DNA from: an uncultured Mycoplasma sp.
GTDB lineage: Bacteria; Bacillota_I; Bacilli_A; RF39; UBA660
NCBI GenBank assembly: GCA_964545135.1
Contig: CAZJEY010000001.1
Coordinates: forward strand, 1-31,938
Length of the DNA: 31,938 bases
Direction: 5' to 3'
The position numbers and the translations under genes are program-made. Under the pieces are notes generated by a model. It worked only from the letters and a program-made list of their open reading frames with translations. It did not search any database and was not told the DNA's origin. Each line of letters starts with the position of its first letter. Position 1 is the stretch's first letter. Below, in pieces: positions 1 to 8,227 of the stretch.

Positions 1-789
1 GTTTTCTAAGGTATCATCCAATTCTTTATTTGGTTTTATTTCTTCTTCAACTTCTTTATAATTATTTAATTCTTCATTTATAGCATCTAAATTATTACCA
101 CTAGAAATTTCTAATTCATCTTCTAAAGTTATTTCTTCGTCACTTGCACTTTCAAGTAGTTCATCAATTGACTTCATATCTTCAAAATTAGTTATTTTTT
201 CTTCTTTTTCTTCAAAGAAAGTAACTACTGGTTCATCTATAACTTCACTTTTCGATTCCGTAATTAATACTTCTGGTTCAAAAGCTTTTTTTCTTACTTC
301 ATCTACATTTAATATAGGCGTTTCTTCTCCTCTGTTTTTAACATCCTCTGGACGATAATCTTGATTTAAAACGCCATAAACTGGAGAAATAATTGGTGAT
401 GGTTTAAATTTTTTCTTTTCTACCAATTCTTTAGTTTCATTTCTATCATATCTAATATAATCTCTATCTCTTTTTTCAGAAACTTTTTTTCTTTCATAAT
501 CTAATACATTATTAGTAGTTTGCCTTTTAGGAATAGAACTTTTAAATTCTTCTTCATCAAAGTCTGGAAATCTAAATGAATTATCTGTAAATAATTCTTT
601 TTCTTTAGGAAATTCTACCTCTTCCTTAGTATAATTATTTCCATTAAAATCATTATTAGATTGAATTGGGCTTTCTATTTTTCTTTCAATAGGTTCTTTT
701 CTAATTGGCTCTTCTTTAATAGTTTTTATTGCTTCTGTTTGTTCTTCCTCTTCGAATAATATGTCTTTAATTTTATTAAATAAACTCAT
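1..789 (-). CDS. Acidic, low-complexity hypothetical protein; 3' end runs off the window; contains the motif FKPSPIISPVYG
   Basis: Not in the ORF track. Manual translation from ATG at 789 (RBS GGAAAGGAAAG upstream) is open to base 1: MSLFNKIKDILFEEEE...KKKFKPSPIISPVYGVLNQDY...ELDDTLEN. Confidence 0.85.
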   Translation of the reverse strand, partial: MSLFNKIKDILFEEEEQTEAIKTIKEEPIRKEPIERKIESPIQSNNDFNGNNYTKEEVEFPKEKELFTDNSFRFPDFDEEEFKSSIPKRQTTNNVLDYERKKVSEKRDRDYIRYDRNETKELVEKKKFKPSPIISPVYGVLNQDYRPEDVKNRGEETPILNVDEVRKKAFEPEVLITESKSEVIDEPVVTFFEEKEEKITNFEDMKSIDELLESASDEEITLEDELEISSGNNLDAINEELNNYKEVEEEIKPNKELDDTLEN

Positions 790-803
790 AATACTTTCCT
801 TTC

Positions 804-1451
804 CTAGCTAACATAATCCGTATCAGTTAATGTATTGTCTTCTTCTATTTCTTCTATTTGCTCAATGTATTCTAATTTATTTGAATTATCTACTCCTGTT
901 TCGAAAAGGTTAAATTCCTCTTCAGTATAATTTAGGGTATCATCACTCAATAAACTATTAATTACACTATTATTATACTCGATACTATTTAATATGTTAA
1001 CTGAGTAGCATAAAGCTTCATTTATACTATCTTCATTTACCATTACTTCTATTTTAGCATAATTATACATAATTTCAATCAAATATTTTTCATTTTCTAA
1101 TAAATTAATTTCTAAATAACCATATTTATCCCCAATTGTTATTAATTCTGAATATTTTGCTTTACTATTAATTTCATATTGATTTTCTAGTTTATTAATA
1201 TAACTTATCATATCAACATATAAATAATAATAACTTTTTTTCAATTTTAATATTTCGTAATAATCTCCCCTATTGATACTTTCCATACTATTTGGAAGAT
1301 AATACTTATAACCTCTTCTTGAAATATTTGCTCTTTTAGGATTACTATTAAATATATTAATAATATCTTTATAACTCATATCTTCTACCATAGTACATCC
1401 CACTAAGAATAGTGAAAAAAACATTATAATAAAAATTTTTTTTAATTTCAT
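804..1451 (-). CDS. Putative lipoprotein of unknown function
   Basis: Basic N-terminus, hydrophobic stretch and lipobox LVG-C (MKLKKIFIIMFFSLFLVGC). GGAG RBS at 1458-1461 favours ATG 1451 over the track GTG 1463. Confidence 0.75.
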   Translation of the reverse strand: MKLKKIFIIMFFSLFLVGCTMVEDMSYKDIINIFNSNPKRANISRRGYKYYLPNSMESINRGDYYEILKLKKSYYYLYVDMISYINKLENQYEINSKAKYSELITIGDKYGYLEINLLENEKYLIEIMYNYAKIEVMVNEDSINEALCYSVNILNSIEYNNSVINSLLSDDTLNYTEEEFNLFETGVDNSNKLEYIEQIEEIEEDNTLTDTDYVS

Positions 1452-1463
1452 ATCTATCTCCAC

Positions 1464-2105
1464 TTATATTATAACATGTATTCTTTTTTTATGTAAATTT
1501 TTCTTACGAGCTTTCAAGTATTTGATTTTTATTCCTTGATTACTAAATTTTTCTTCATATTCAGTTTTTATATTATCTATTTTTTCACTATGTAAATCAT
1601 AACTTAATTCTTCTATTTTATATCCATAATTTTTTAAAGAATCTAAACTATAAGAAAATAAATCATCATTATCAGTTTTTTGATAAATTAAGCAATCATT
1701 TTTAAAAAACTTATCATATAGTTTTAAAAATTTTTCATGAGTTAATCTTCTTTTAGCATGACGATCCTTTGGCCAAGGATCAGAAAAATTCAAATATATC
1801 ACGTCAACTTTATTAAAAAGTAAATCTTCTAAATAACTTACGTCATTAATAATTACTTTTAAATTATCTAAATCATATTCTTGAATTTTCTTAATTGCTA
1901 TACTTGCAACACTGGAATATTTTTCTATGCCAATAAAGTTTATATTAGGATTGCTAAGAGCTTTATTTAAAATAAAATTACCTTTACCCATACCTATTTC
2001 AATATGTAATGGTTTTTCATTATCTTTAAAGTTAATTGTATCGGTAATAAGAAATTTACAATTTTCTATTACTTCATCTTTATCTTTAGGATTTCTCATC
2101 CGCAT
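1464..2105 (-). CDS. trmB: tRNA (guanine-N7)-methyltransferase
   Basis: Motifs HIEIGMGKG, IGIEK, YLNFSDPWPKDRHAKRRLT, KTDN, TEYEEKF. AAGGAAG RBS favours ATG 2105 (MRMR). Confidence 0.96.
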   Translation of the reverse strand: MRMRNPKDKDEVIENCKFLITDTINFKDNEKPLHIEIGMGKGNFILNKALSNPNINFIGIEKYSSVASIAIKKIQEYDLDNLKVIINDVSYLEDLLFNKVDVIYLNFSDPWPKDRHAKRRLTHEKFLKLYDKFFKNDCLIYQKTDNDDLFSYSLDSLKNYGYKIEELSYDLHSEKIDNIKTEYEEKFSNQGIKIKYLKARKKNLHKKRIHVII

Positions 2106-2107
2106 AA

Positions 2108-2136
2108 ATAACACTTCCTTTTAAATTACATATATT
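2108..2136 (+). promoter_or_regulatory. Possible mother-cell sigma (sigmaE/sigmaK-like) promoter
   Basis: ATA (2108-2110), 18 nt, then CATATATT (2129-2136), upstream of the coat-like ORF; resembles the B. subtilis sigmaE/K -10 element CATAnnnT. Confidence 0.35.
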
Positions 2137-2155
2137 GTTTGTAGGGGGAATCATT

Positions 2156-2446
2156 ATGAAAAAAAATAGAAATTCATTTTTCACAGAAACTAACATCCAA
2201 GCAGGCATGATGCCTTATCCTAATCAACAACCTATGCCATATCAACAAGCTAATAGTTATTTTTATCAAGGACCTACAAACCCATATAATTATAACACAC
2301 AAAATAACGACTTAGAAAGTAGATTAGCTAAAATAGAAAGGCAAATTAATCGTCTCGAACATCGAATAAGTGCATTAGAAAAAAATACTAATATTTTATC
2401 AACTGAGGACTATGAGTCAACAAATACTAATATGTATATGGTTTAG
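2156..2446 (+). CDS. Small P/Q/Y/N-rich protein with a coiled coil; spore-coat-like
   Basis: AGGGGGA RBS then ATG 2156; low-complexity N-half (MPYPNQQPMPYQQ); heptad segment LESRLAKIERQINRLEHRISALEK. Confidence 0.6.
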   Translation: MKKNRNSFFTETNIQAGMMPYPNQQPMPYQQANSYFYQGPTNPYNYNTQNNDLESRLAKIERQINRLEHRISALEKNTNILSTEDYESTNTNMYMV

Positions 2447-2613
2447 TAGTAAATAATCATAGCTGTAAAACAATAAACTTGTTCTTCACCACCTAAAGCA
2501 AGCGCTACTTGAAATTTAATGTCTACTAAATTAATATCATTTTCACTTAGAAATGTATTAACACTATTTTCTAAGTCTTTTTCATGTGATTCATCTATTA
2601 TTTTAACTTTCAA
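2443..2613 (-). CDS. cse60: Sporulation protein Cse60 (YteV/DUF2758 family), 56 aa
   Basis: Missed by the ORF track. AGGTGA RBS and TTG start; MKVKIIDESHEKDLENSVNTFLSENDINLVDIKFQVALALGGEEQVYCFTAMIIYY matches the family pattern KV..DESHEKDLE..VN.FL...DIK.QV....YCF.AMI.Y. Confidence 0.85.
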   Translation of the reverse strand: MKVKIIDESHEKDLENSVNTFLSENDINLVDIKFQVALALGGEEQVYCFTAMIIYY

Positions 2614-2682
2614 ATTATCACCTACTATATTGTAACAAAAAAAGAATAGTTAATTTGTCATTTTTTGTTAAATTGAAAACTT

Positions 2683-5079
2683 CTATTTAACAACAATATT
2701 AACTATTCTATTTTTAATAACTATTATTTTAACTATTTCTTTATCCTTAATATTCCTTATAACATTTTCTTCATTAAGAGCTTTTTCTTTAACTAGATCT
2801 TCTGAATCATTAATGTTTATTTTAATTTCACCACGAAGTTTACCATTTACTTGAACACCAATTACTTTTTCTTCATCAATAGTTTTACTTTCATCGTATT
2901 TTGGCCAAGTACTTAGGCAAATTGGATCATAACCTAATTCTTCATTTAATTCTTCCGTAATATGTGGCGCAATAGGATTGAGTAAAGTCAATAATACATG
3001 GTAATCACCCTTAGTAATTTTTTCTTTATCATCAAAACTATTTGCTAAAATCATTAATGTTGATACCGCTGTGTTATACCCCATATGAGTCAAATCGTAT
3101 TCAACCTTTTTAATACTCTTATGAATAATATTTTCTAAATCTTCACTATAATCAAGTGCATTATCTTTAACTTTTTCTTTTAATCTTATTACTTTTTCAA
3201 TAAACCTTTTACATCCTTTTAAAGAATCTGTACTCCAAGGTGCATCTTGTTCATAGTCACCCATAAACATTTCATATACTCTTAAAGTATCAGCACCATA
3301 TTCATTAACAATATCATCTGGATTTATAACATTACCTTTACTTTTACTCATTTTTTCATTGTTTGAACCTAGTACCATACCATGACTAACTCTTGTCCAA
3401 ATCATCTCTTTATTAGGAACTAAACCAATATTATATAAAAATTGTACCCAGAACCTTGCATATAATAAATGTCTTGCTGTATGTTCCATACCACCATTAT
3501 ACCAATCAACTCTTTGCCAATACTTCATTTTATCCATTGAAGCAAATTCATGATTATTATGTGGATCCATAAATCTTAAGAAATACCAACTTGATCCTGC
3601 CCAGTTTGGCATAGTATCTGTTTCTCTTTTAGCAGGTCCACCACACTTAGGACATGTAGTATTAACCCACTCTGTTATATTAGCAAGTGGACTTTCACCA
3701 TTTTCGGTTGGTTCATAGTTTGCTACATCGGGAAGTAATAAAGGTAGTTCTGCTTCAGGTACTTTTTGCCAGCCACATTTTGGACAATCAATCATTGGAA
3801 TTGGTTCACCCCAAAATCTTTGCCTTGAGAAAATCCAATCACGCATTTTATAATTGACTTTTTTCTTTCCTAATTTATTTGCTTCTAAGAATTCTAACAT
3901 TTTATTAATCGCATCTTCTTTATTCAAACCATCTAAGAAATCAGAATTAATATGCATTCCATCACTGGTAATAGGACCATTTTCAATACTTTCATTTTCA
4001 CTATTTAAAACTTGAACTATTGGTATATTAAATTTCTTAGCAAATTCATAATCTCTTTCATCATGAGCAGGTACGGCCATAATTGCACCAGTTCCATAAC
4101 TTGCTAAAACATAATCACTAATATAAATAGGTATTTCTTTATTATTAACAGGATTTACTGCATAAGCCCCAGTAAACACACCTGTTTTTTCTTTATTTAA
4201 ATCGGTTCTTTCTAATTCATTTTTTTGTAAACATAACTCTTGATATTCTTTAACCTTATTCATTTGTTCTTTAGTTGTAATTTTAGCAACTAGTTCATGC
4301 TCGGGTGCTAAAACACAATATGTTGCACCAAATAGAGTATCACATCTTGTTGTAAATACAGTAAAGCCATAATCAGTATTTGCTACTTTAAAAATTACTT
4401 CCGCACCAATACTTTTTCCAATCCAATTAATTTGACCTAATTTTACTTTATCAGCAAAGTTAGTATCATCAAGACCTTTTAATAAATCCTCTGAATAGTT
4501 ACTCATTCTAAGCATCCATTGTGACTTTTCTTTTTGTGTAACAATACTTTTACAACGTTCACAAACTCCCCCAGCAGCATCTTCATTAGATAATACAGTC
4601 TTACAAGTTGGACACCAATTAACTGGAACCTTTTCTTTATAAGCCATTTTATGTTCATAAAATTTCAAAAATTGCCATTGTGTCCATTTATAATATTCTG
4701 GATCAGTTGTTGAAAATTCTCTATCCCAATCAAATGAAAAACCTAAAGACTTCATTTGTCTCTTAAAATTAGCAATATTTTCTTTTACAGCGTCTTTGGG
4801 ATGAATATGATTTTTTATAGCGTATTGTTCAGCTGGCGCTCCAAAAGCATCCCATCCCATAGGAAATAATACATTAAAGCCTTGCAATCTTTTCATCCTC
4901 GCAATGGCATCTTGGGCTGTATAACTTCGAACATGGCCAACATGAAGTCCTGTACCACTAGGATAAGGAAATTCCACTAAAATATAATATGGCTTTTTAT
5001 CGCTATTATCTATAGCTTTAAATACGTCCTTTTCTTCCCAATATTTTTGCCATTTACTCTCTATTTCTTTATAATTCAT
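2683..5079 (-). CDS. leuS: Leucine--tRNA ligase
   Basis: FPYPSG..LHVGH (HIGH), KMSKS, editing domain, QVNGKLRG C-terminus. The likely start ATG 5079 overlaps the upstream stop (TAATG). Confidence 0.98.
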   Translation of the reverse strand: MNYKEIESKWQKYWEEKDVFKAIDNSDKKPYYILVEFPYPSGTGLHVGHVRSYTAQDAIARMKRLQGFNVLFPMGWDAFGAPAEQYAIKNHIHPKDAVKENIANFKRQMKSLGFSFDWDREFSTTDPEYYKWTQWQFLKFYEHKMAYKEKVPVNWCPTCKTVLSNEDAAGGVCERCKSIVTQKEKSQWMLRMSNYSEDLLKGLDDTNFADKVKLGQINWIGKSIGAEVIFKVANTDYGFTVFTTRCDTLFGATYCVLAPEHELVAKITTKEQMNKVKEYQELCLQKNELERTDLNKEKTGVFTGAYAVNPVNNKEIPIYISDYVLASYGTGAIMAVPAHDERDYEFAKKFNIPIVQVLNSENESIENGPITSDGMHINSDFLDGLNKEDAINKMLEFLEANKLGKKKVNYKMRDWIFSRQRFWGEPIPMIDCPKCGWQKVPEAELPLLLPDVANYEPTENGESPLANITEWVNTTCPKCGGPAKRETDTMPNWAGSSWYFLRFMDPHNNHEFASMDKMKYWQRVDWYNGGMEHTARHLLYARFWVQFLYNIGLVPNKEMIWTRVSHGMVLGSNNEKMSKSKGNVINPDDIVNEYGADTLRVYEMFMGDYEQDAPWSTDSLKGCKRFIEKVIRLKEKVKDNALDYSEDLENIIHKSIKKVEYDLTHMGYNTAVSTLMILANSFDDKEKITKGDYHVLLTLLNPIAPHITEELNEELGYDPICLSTWPKYDESKTIDEEKVIGVQVNGKLRGEIKININDSEDLVKEKALNEENVIRNIKDKEIVKIIVIKNRIVNIVVK

Positions 5080-5474
5080 TATTTTTTCCAACCTTTCTTT
5101 ATACACATTTTGCCATATAATTCATATATTGCATAAATAAGTCCAAATAGTAAAATAAAACCAATTAAAAATTTCCAGCCTACAAATATATCTAACATGC
5201 TAAGTATAGTAACTGTTAGTGATATGATTAAAGCATTTATTAAAGTAAAATGCAGTAAACATTTTTTTATTGGCATTTTTTTCTTATCTAAGTTAAACTT
5301 AGTAATAATATAGTTAAGTTCAAATATATCTCTTAGTTTATCTTTCTTTTTATTTCTCTTTTGCTTATTATTTAAACTATCATATATAGGTTTTTTAATT
5401 ATAAGATAATCTCCTAAAAATACAATAATATATACTAATAAGAAATAAATTATATATTCTAAAATATTTTCCAT
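5079..5474 (-). CDS. Small membrane protein of unknown function (about 3 TM segments), first gene of the T-box/leuS operon
   Basis: AAGGAGG RBS; hydrophobic segments separated by a Lys-rich loop; stop overlaps the leuS start. Confidence 0.8.
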   Translation of the reverse strand: MENILEYIIYFLLVYIIVFLGDYLIIKKPIYDSLNNKQKRNKKKDKLRDIFELNYIITKFNLDKKKMPIKKCLLHFTLINALIISLTVTILSMLDIFVGWKFLIGFILLFGLIYAIYELYGKMCIKKGWKK

Positions 5475-5477
5475 AAA

Positions 5478-5672
5478 GCCTCCTTATAATACAAAAAAGA
5501 TGTTACCAAAGGGCGAAAATTCCGCGGTACCACCTTTTATTTTTACTTAATAATTTATATAGGAATTACCCTTTTACATCCAAAAGCAAGTTCATAACCA
5601 TTTAATATTAGTTTTCACCTTCCACTAACTCTCTTTAATTAAATAAATTACTACTACTCTTTTTTCAACTGC
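5478..5672 (-). ncRNA. T-box riboswitch, Leu specifier (CUU)
   Basis: Minus strand: stem I with AGAGAG and GGTGAAA, specifier loop GAA-CTT-GC (CTT at 5588-5590), T-box AAAGGTGGTACCGCG (5523-5538), antiterminator 3' arm CGCCCTTT (5508-5515). The specifier matches the downstream leuS. Confidence 0.92.
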
Positions 5673-5678
5673 ACCATT

Positions 5679-5707
5679 ATTATATTAAATTTCATTAATA
5701 TATTCAA
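5679..5707 (-). promoter_or_regulatory. SigmaA promoter of the T-box/leuS operon
   Basis: TTGAAT (5702-5707), 17 bp, TATAAT (5679-5684), immediately upstream of stem I. Confidence 0.75.
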
Positions 5708-8099
5708 GAAGTTTTAAAAACATTTTAATGAATAATTCATTTAAGCCTTTTTTCTTTAGTTTCCTAATTTCAATTCTCTTTTTCTTAACATCTAAATTAC
5801 TAAAGATAATATCAGCAATTTTTTCTTTTAAAATTGTTTCAATGTCTAAATCATTAATGATAGAATTAATATCCTCATTTAAAATTCTAACAGCGTCAAT
5901 TTCGATATCTTTACCACGACAATTTAAGGTTAATGTACTACTTGGAGAAATATCTTCAACATAAACAATTAAATCGTTATCTATAAGTTTAGTTTCAAAG
6001 TGATCTATTGGTATATTATTTATTGCAATTTCAATTTTTTCTGGCATTCTAGTATTTTTAAATCTTATTTGATAATTTCTTTTTTCCGGAACTATGCCTG
6101 TTTTTCCCTCTTTGGGTGAAATAATTACGGTATAATCATTAGCCATATATTTAAATTCAATATTTGTCTTTAGATAATAACCCTCTTTATAAAGAGTGGT
6201 AACACCATCATCTTCATATAGTTCATAAGTATTACTTTTACCAGGGAAAATATGAAATTCTAAATCCCGAGGACTACTAGTGTCATTTAAATTTTCATTT
6301 AAAATTGCTAGAGGAATAATACTTCCTGCTTTAGCAAACACAGGATAATCCTCAGTATTGTAAAATGTTACATATCTTTTACCACCTATAAATTTTTTCC
6401 CTGTTCTAAAATCATACCAAATTCCTTTAGGTAAGAATATTCTTTCAACAGAACGATTCATTATATTATCTTTTTTCTTAGTAATTGGTTTTACTAATAG
6501 TTCTGTACCAAAAAAATATTCATCTTTATATAATGGTTCATCATAAATTTCTGGAGCAAGATAATAAAGAGGTTGAATAATAGGTATTCCGGTTTCATGA
6601 TAAATAGCTGCTAAAGTATACAAATAAGGTATTAATTTTTGTCTTAAATTACAATAATCCTTAACAATAGTATAAGTAAGCATATCCCATTTCCATGGTT
6701 CTCTTTTATAAAAAGCACCTCTTTTAGCACTAAATCTAAATATTGGACTGAAAGTTAAGGCTTCTACGTACCTAATATATAATTCACTATTTTCAATACC
6801 ATCTTTAAATCCACCAACATCATGACTCCACCAAGAAAGCCCAATATTGGCTGAAGTTAAATCAAAAAATGGTAAATATTTTAAGGTATCCCAACTAACT
6901 TTAGTCTCGCCAGAGTAACATATCGGATAATTATGCGCAGCAATCCCAGCGTTTCTTGTTAAAAGAAGTGGCCTTTTTTCTTTAAATCTATTGAAATCTT
7001 GGTAATGATAATAATCCAAAATAGCTAATTCTTCTTTATTTTTAGAGTAATCTAACCAAAAGAAATCAACTCCTTCATCGTATAATGGAGAAATTAAATT
7101 CTTAAAATAACTTTTTATAAAATTTGGATCATATACATTTAACTTGATTGTTTCGCCTTTTTCAATTCCTAATTCATGAGCCATGATTGGATAGTTATTT
7201 TCATATGTAGATATTCCCTCAACTGGATCAATATTCACTCCAACTCTTACACCATGATCATGCATATATTTTGTAAAATCTTGTGGATTTTTAAATAATT
7301 CTTTATTAAAAGTAAAACCAGTTTTATGCTTATTATAATCATCTTTATCTTTTTTATGCCAAAATTCATTTAAGAGTAAAACCGATATTGGTATTTCATG
7401 TTTATTAAAAGATTTAATGAGATTTTTAGTATCTTCGTAAGAATATATCATATCTCTATTCCACCAAATACCTAAGGAATAACGCGGTATTAATGGAGGA
7501 AAACCAGTTAAAGAAAAGTAATCTTTTAAACAAAGACCAAAGTCTCTACGATACATAAATAAATATAAATCAATTTTATTGTTAGAATTCCTTTTTATAA
7601 AACCATCTTCACTTACTAATGGATTAAAACTATCATCTAAAGTTGCAAAACCATCAGTAGAATATAAACCATTATCTAATTTTACTTTATCATTATCTGT
7701 TTCAATACTAAAGGCACTTCCTTTATAATTTCTAGCTTCAGGATGACCTAAATACCATATTTTATCAGTATTTATAAGTTTTACTTTTAAATTAGAATCA
7801 GGCGCAAAATTAGGACCTTTAAAAGGTTTTTCTTTAGAATATTGCATTATAAAATATTTAGTAGTTATTACTAAGTATTTTTCATCTTGATTTACTTTAA
7901 AATTAGGAAGATTAAAATTTCTATTTTTTACTAAAAGGGTTAAATCATCATTGAATTCACCAGTTATATCATATTCTAATCTTATTAATCGCTCACTCAA
8001 AATAGTAATCCTGTAATTTACGCCTTTAAATATCGCTTTGGGATTACTTTTTCTTGGATCAATATTCATAGTTTCAACATTTCTTTGCAAACTAGCCAT
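5685..8099 (-). CDS. Glycoside hydrolase family 31 protein (TIM barrel plus C-terminal DUF5110-like domain) with a divergent active site
   Basis: PPLIPRYSLGIWWNR, DFFWLD, SWWSHDVGGF, LRQKLIPYLYT, YFFGTELLVKP, YELYEDDGVT. Start probably ATG 8099 after AAGGG. Confidence 0.85.
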   Translation of the reverse strand: MASLQRNVETMNIDPRKSNPKAIFKGVNYRITILSERLIRLEYDITGEFNDDLTLLVKNRNFNLPNFKVNQDEKYLVITTKYFIMQYSKEKPFKGPNFAPDSNLKVKLINTDKIWYLGHPEARNYKGSAFSIETDNDKVKLDNGLYSTDGFATLDDSFNPLVSEDGFIKRNSNNKIDLYLFMYRRDFGLCLKDYFSLTGFPPLIPRYSLGIWWNRDMIYSYEDTKNLIKSFNKHEIPISVLLLNEFWHKKDKDDYNKHKTGFTFNKELFKNPQDFTKYMHDHGVRVGVNIDPVEGISTYENNYPIMAHELGIEKGETIKLNVYDPNFIKSYFKNLISPLYDEGVDFFWLDYSKNKEELAILDYYHYQDFNRFKEKRPLLLTRNAGIAAHNYPICYSGETKVSWDTLKYLPFFDLTSANIGLSWWSHDVGGFKDGIENSELYIRYVEALTFSPIFRFSAKRGAFYKREPWKWDMLTYTIVKDYCNLRQKLIPYLYTLAAIYHETGIPIIQPLYYLAPEIYDEPLYKDEYFFGTELLVKPITKKKDNIMNRSVERIFLPKGIWYDFRTGKKFIGGKRYVTFYNTEDYPVFAKAGSIIPLAILNENLNDTSSPRDLEFHIFPGKSNTYELYEDDGVTTLYKEGYYLKTNIEFKYMANDYTVIISPKEGKTGIVPEKRNYQIRFKNTRMPEKIEIAINNIPIDHFETKLIDNDLIVYVEDISPSSTLTLNCRGKDIEIDAVRILNEDINSIINDLDIETILKEKIADIIFSNLDVKKKRIEIRKLKKKGLNELFIKMFLKLLEYINEI

Positions 8100-8199
8100 A
8101 AACATACCCTTTTCTACTATTAAAATAATATCATTTTTAATTCTATTTTTCAACTACTCTCTTTTAATAAAAAATAGCAATTTAATTATTAAAAGAATA

Positions 8200-8208
8200 T
8201 GCTATAAT
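8200..8208 (+). promoter_or_regulatory. Extended -10 promoter of murE
   Basis: TGcTATAAT followed closely by the GGAGG RBS (8215-8219). Confidence 0.6.
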
Positions 8209-8227
8209 AATGATGGAGGTACTAATT

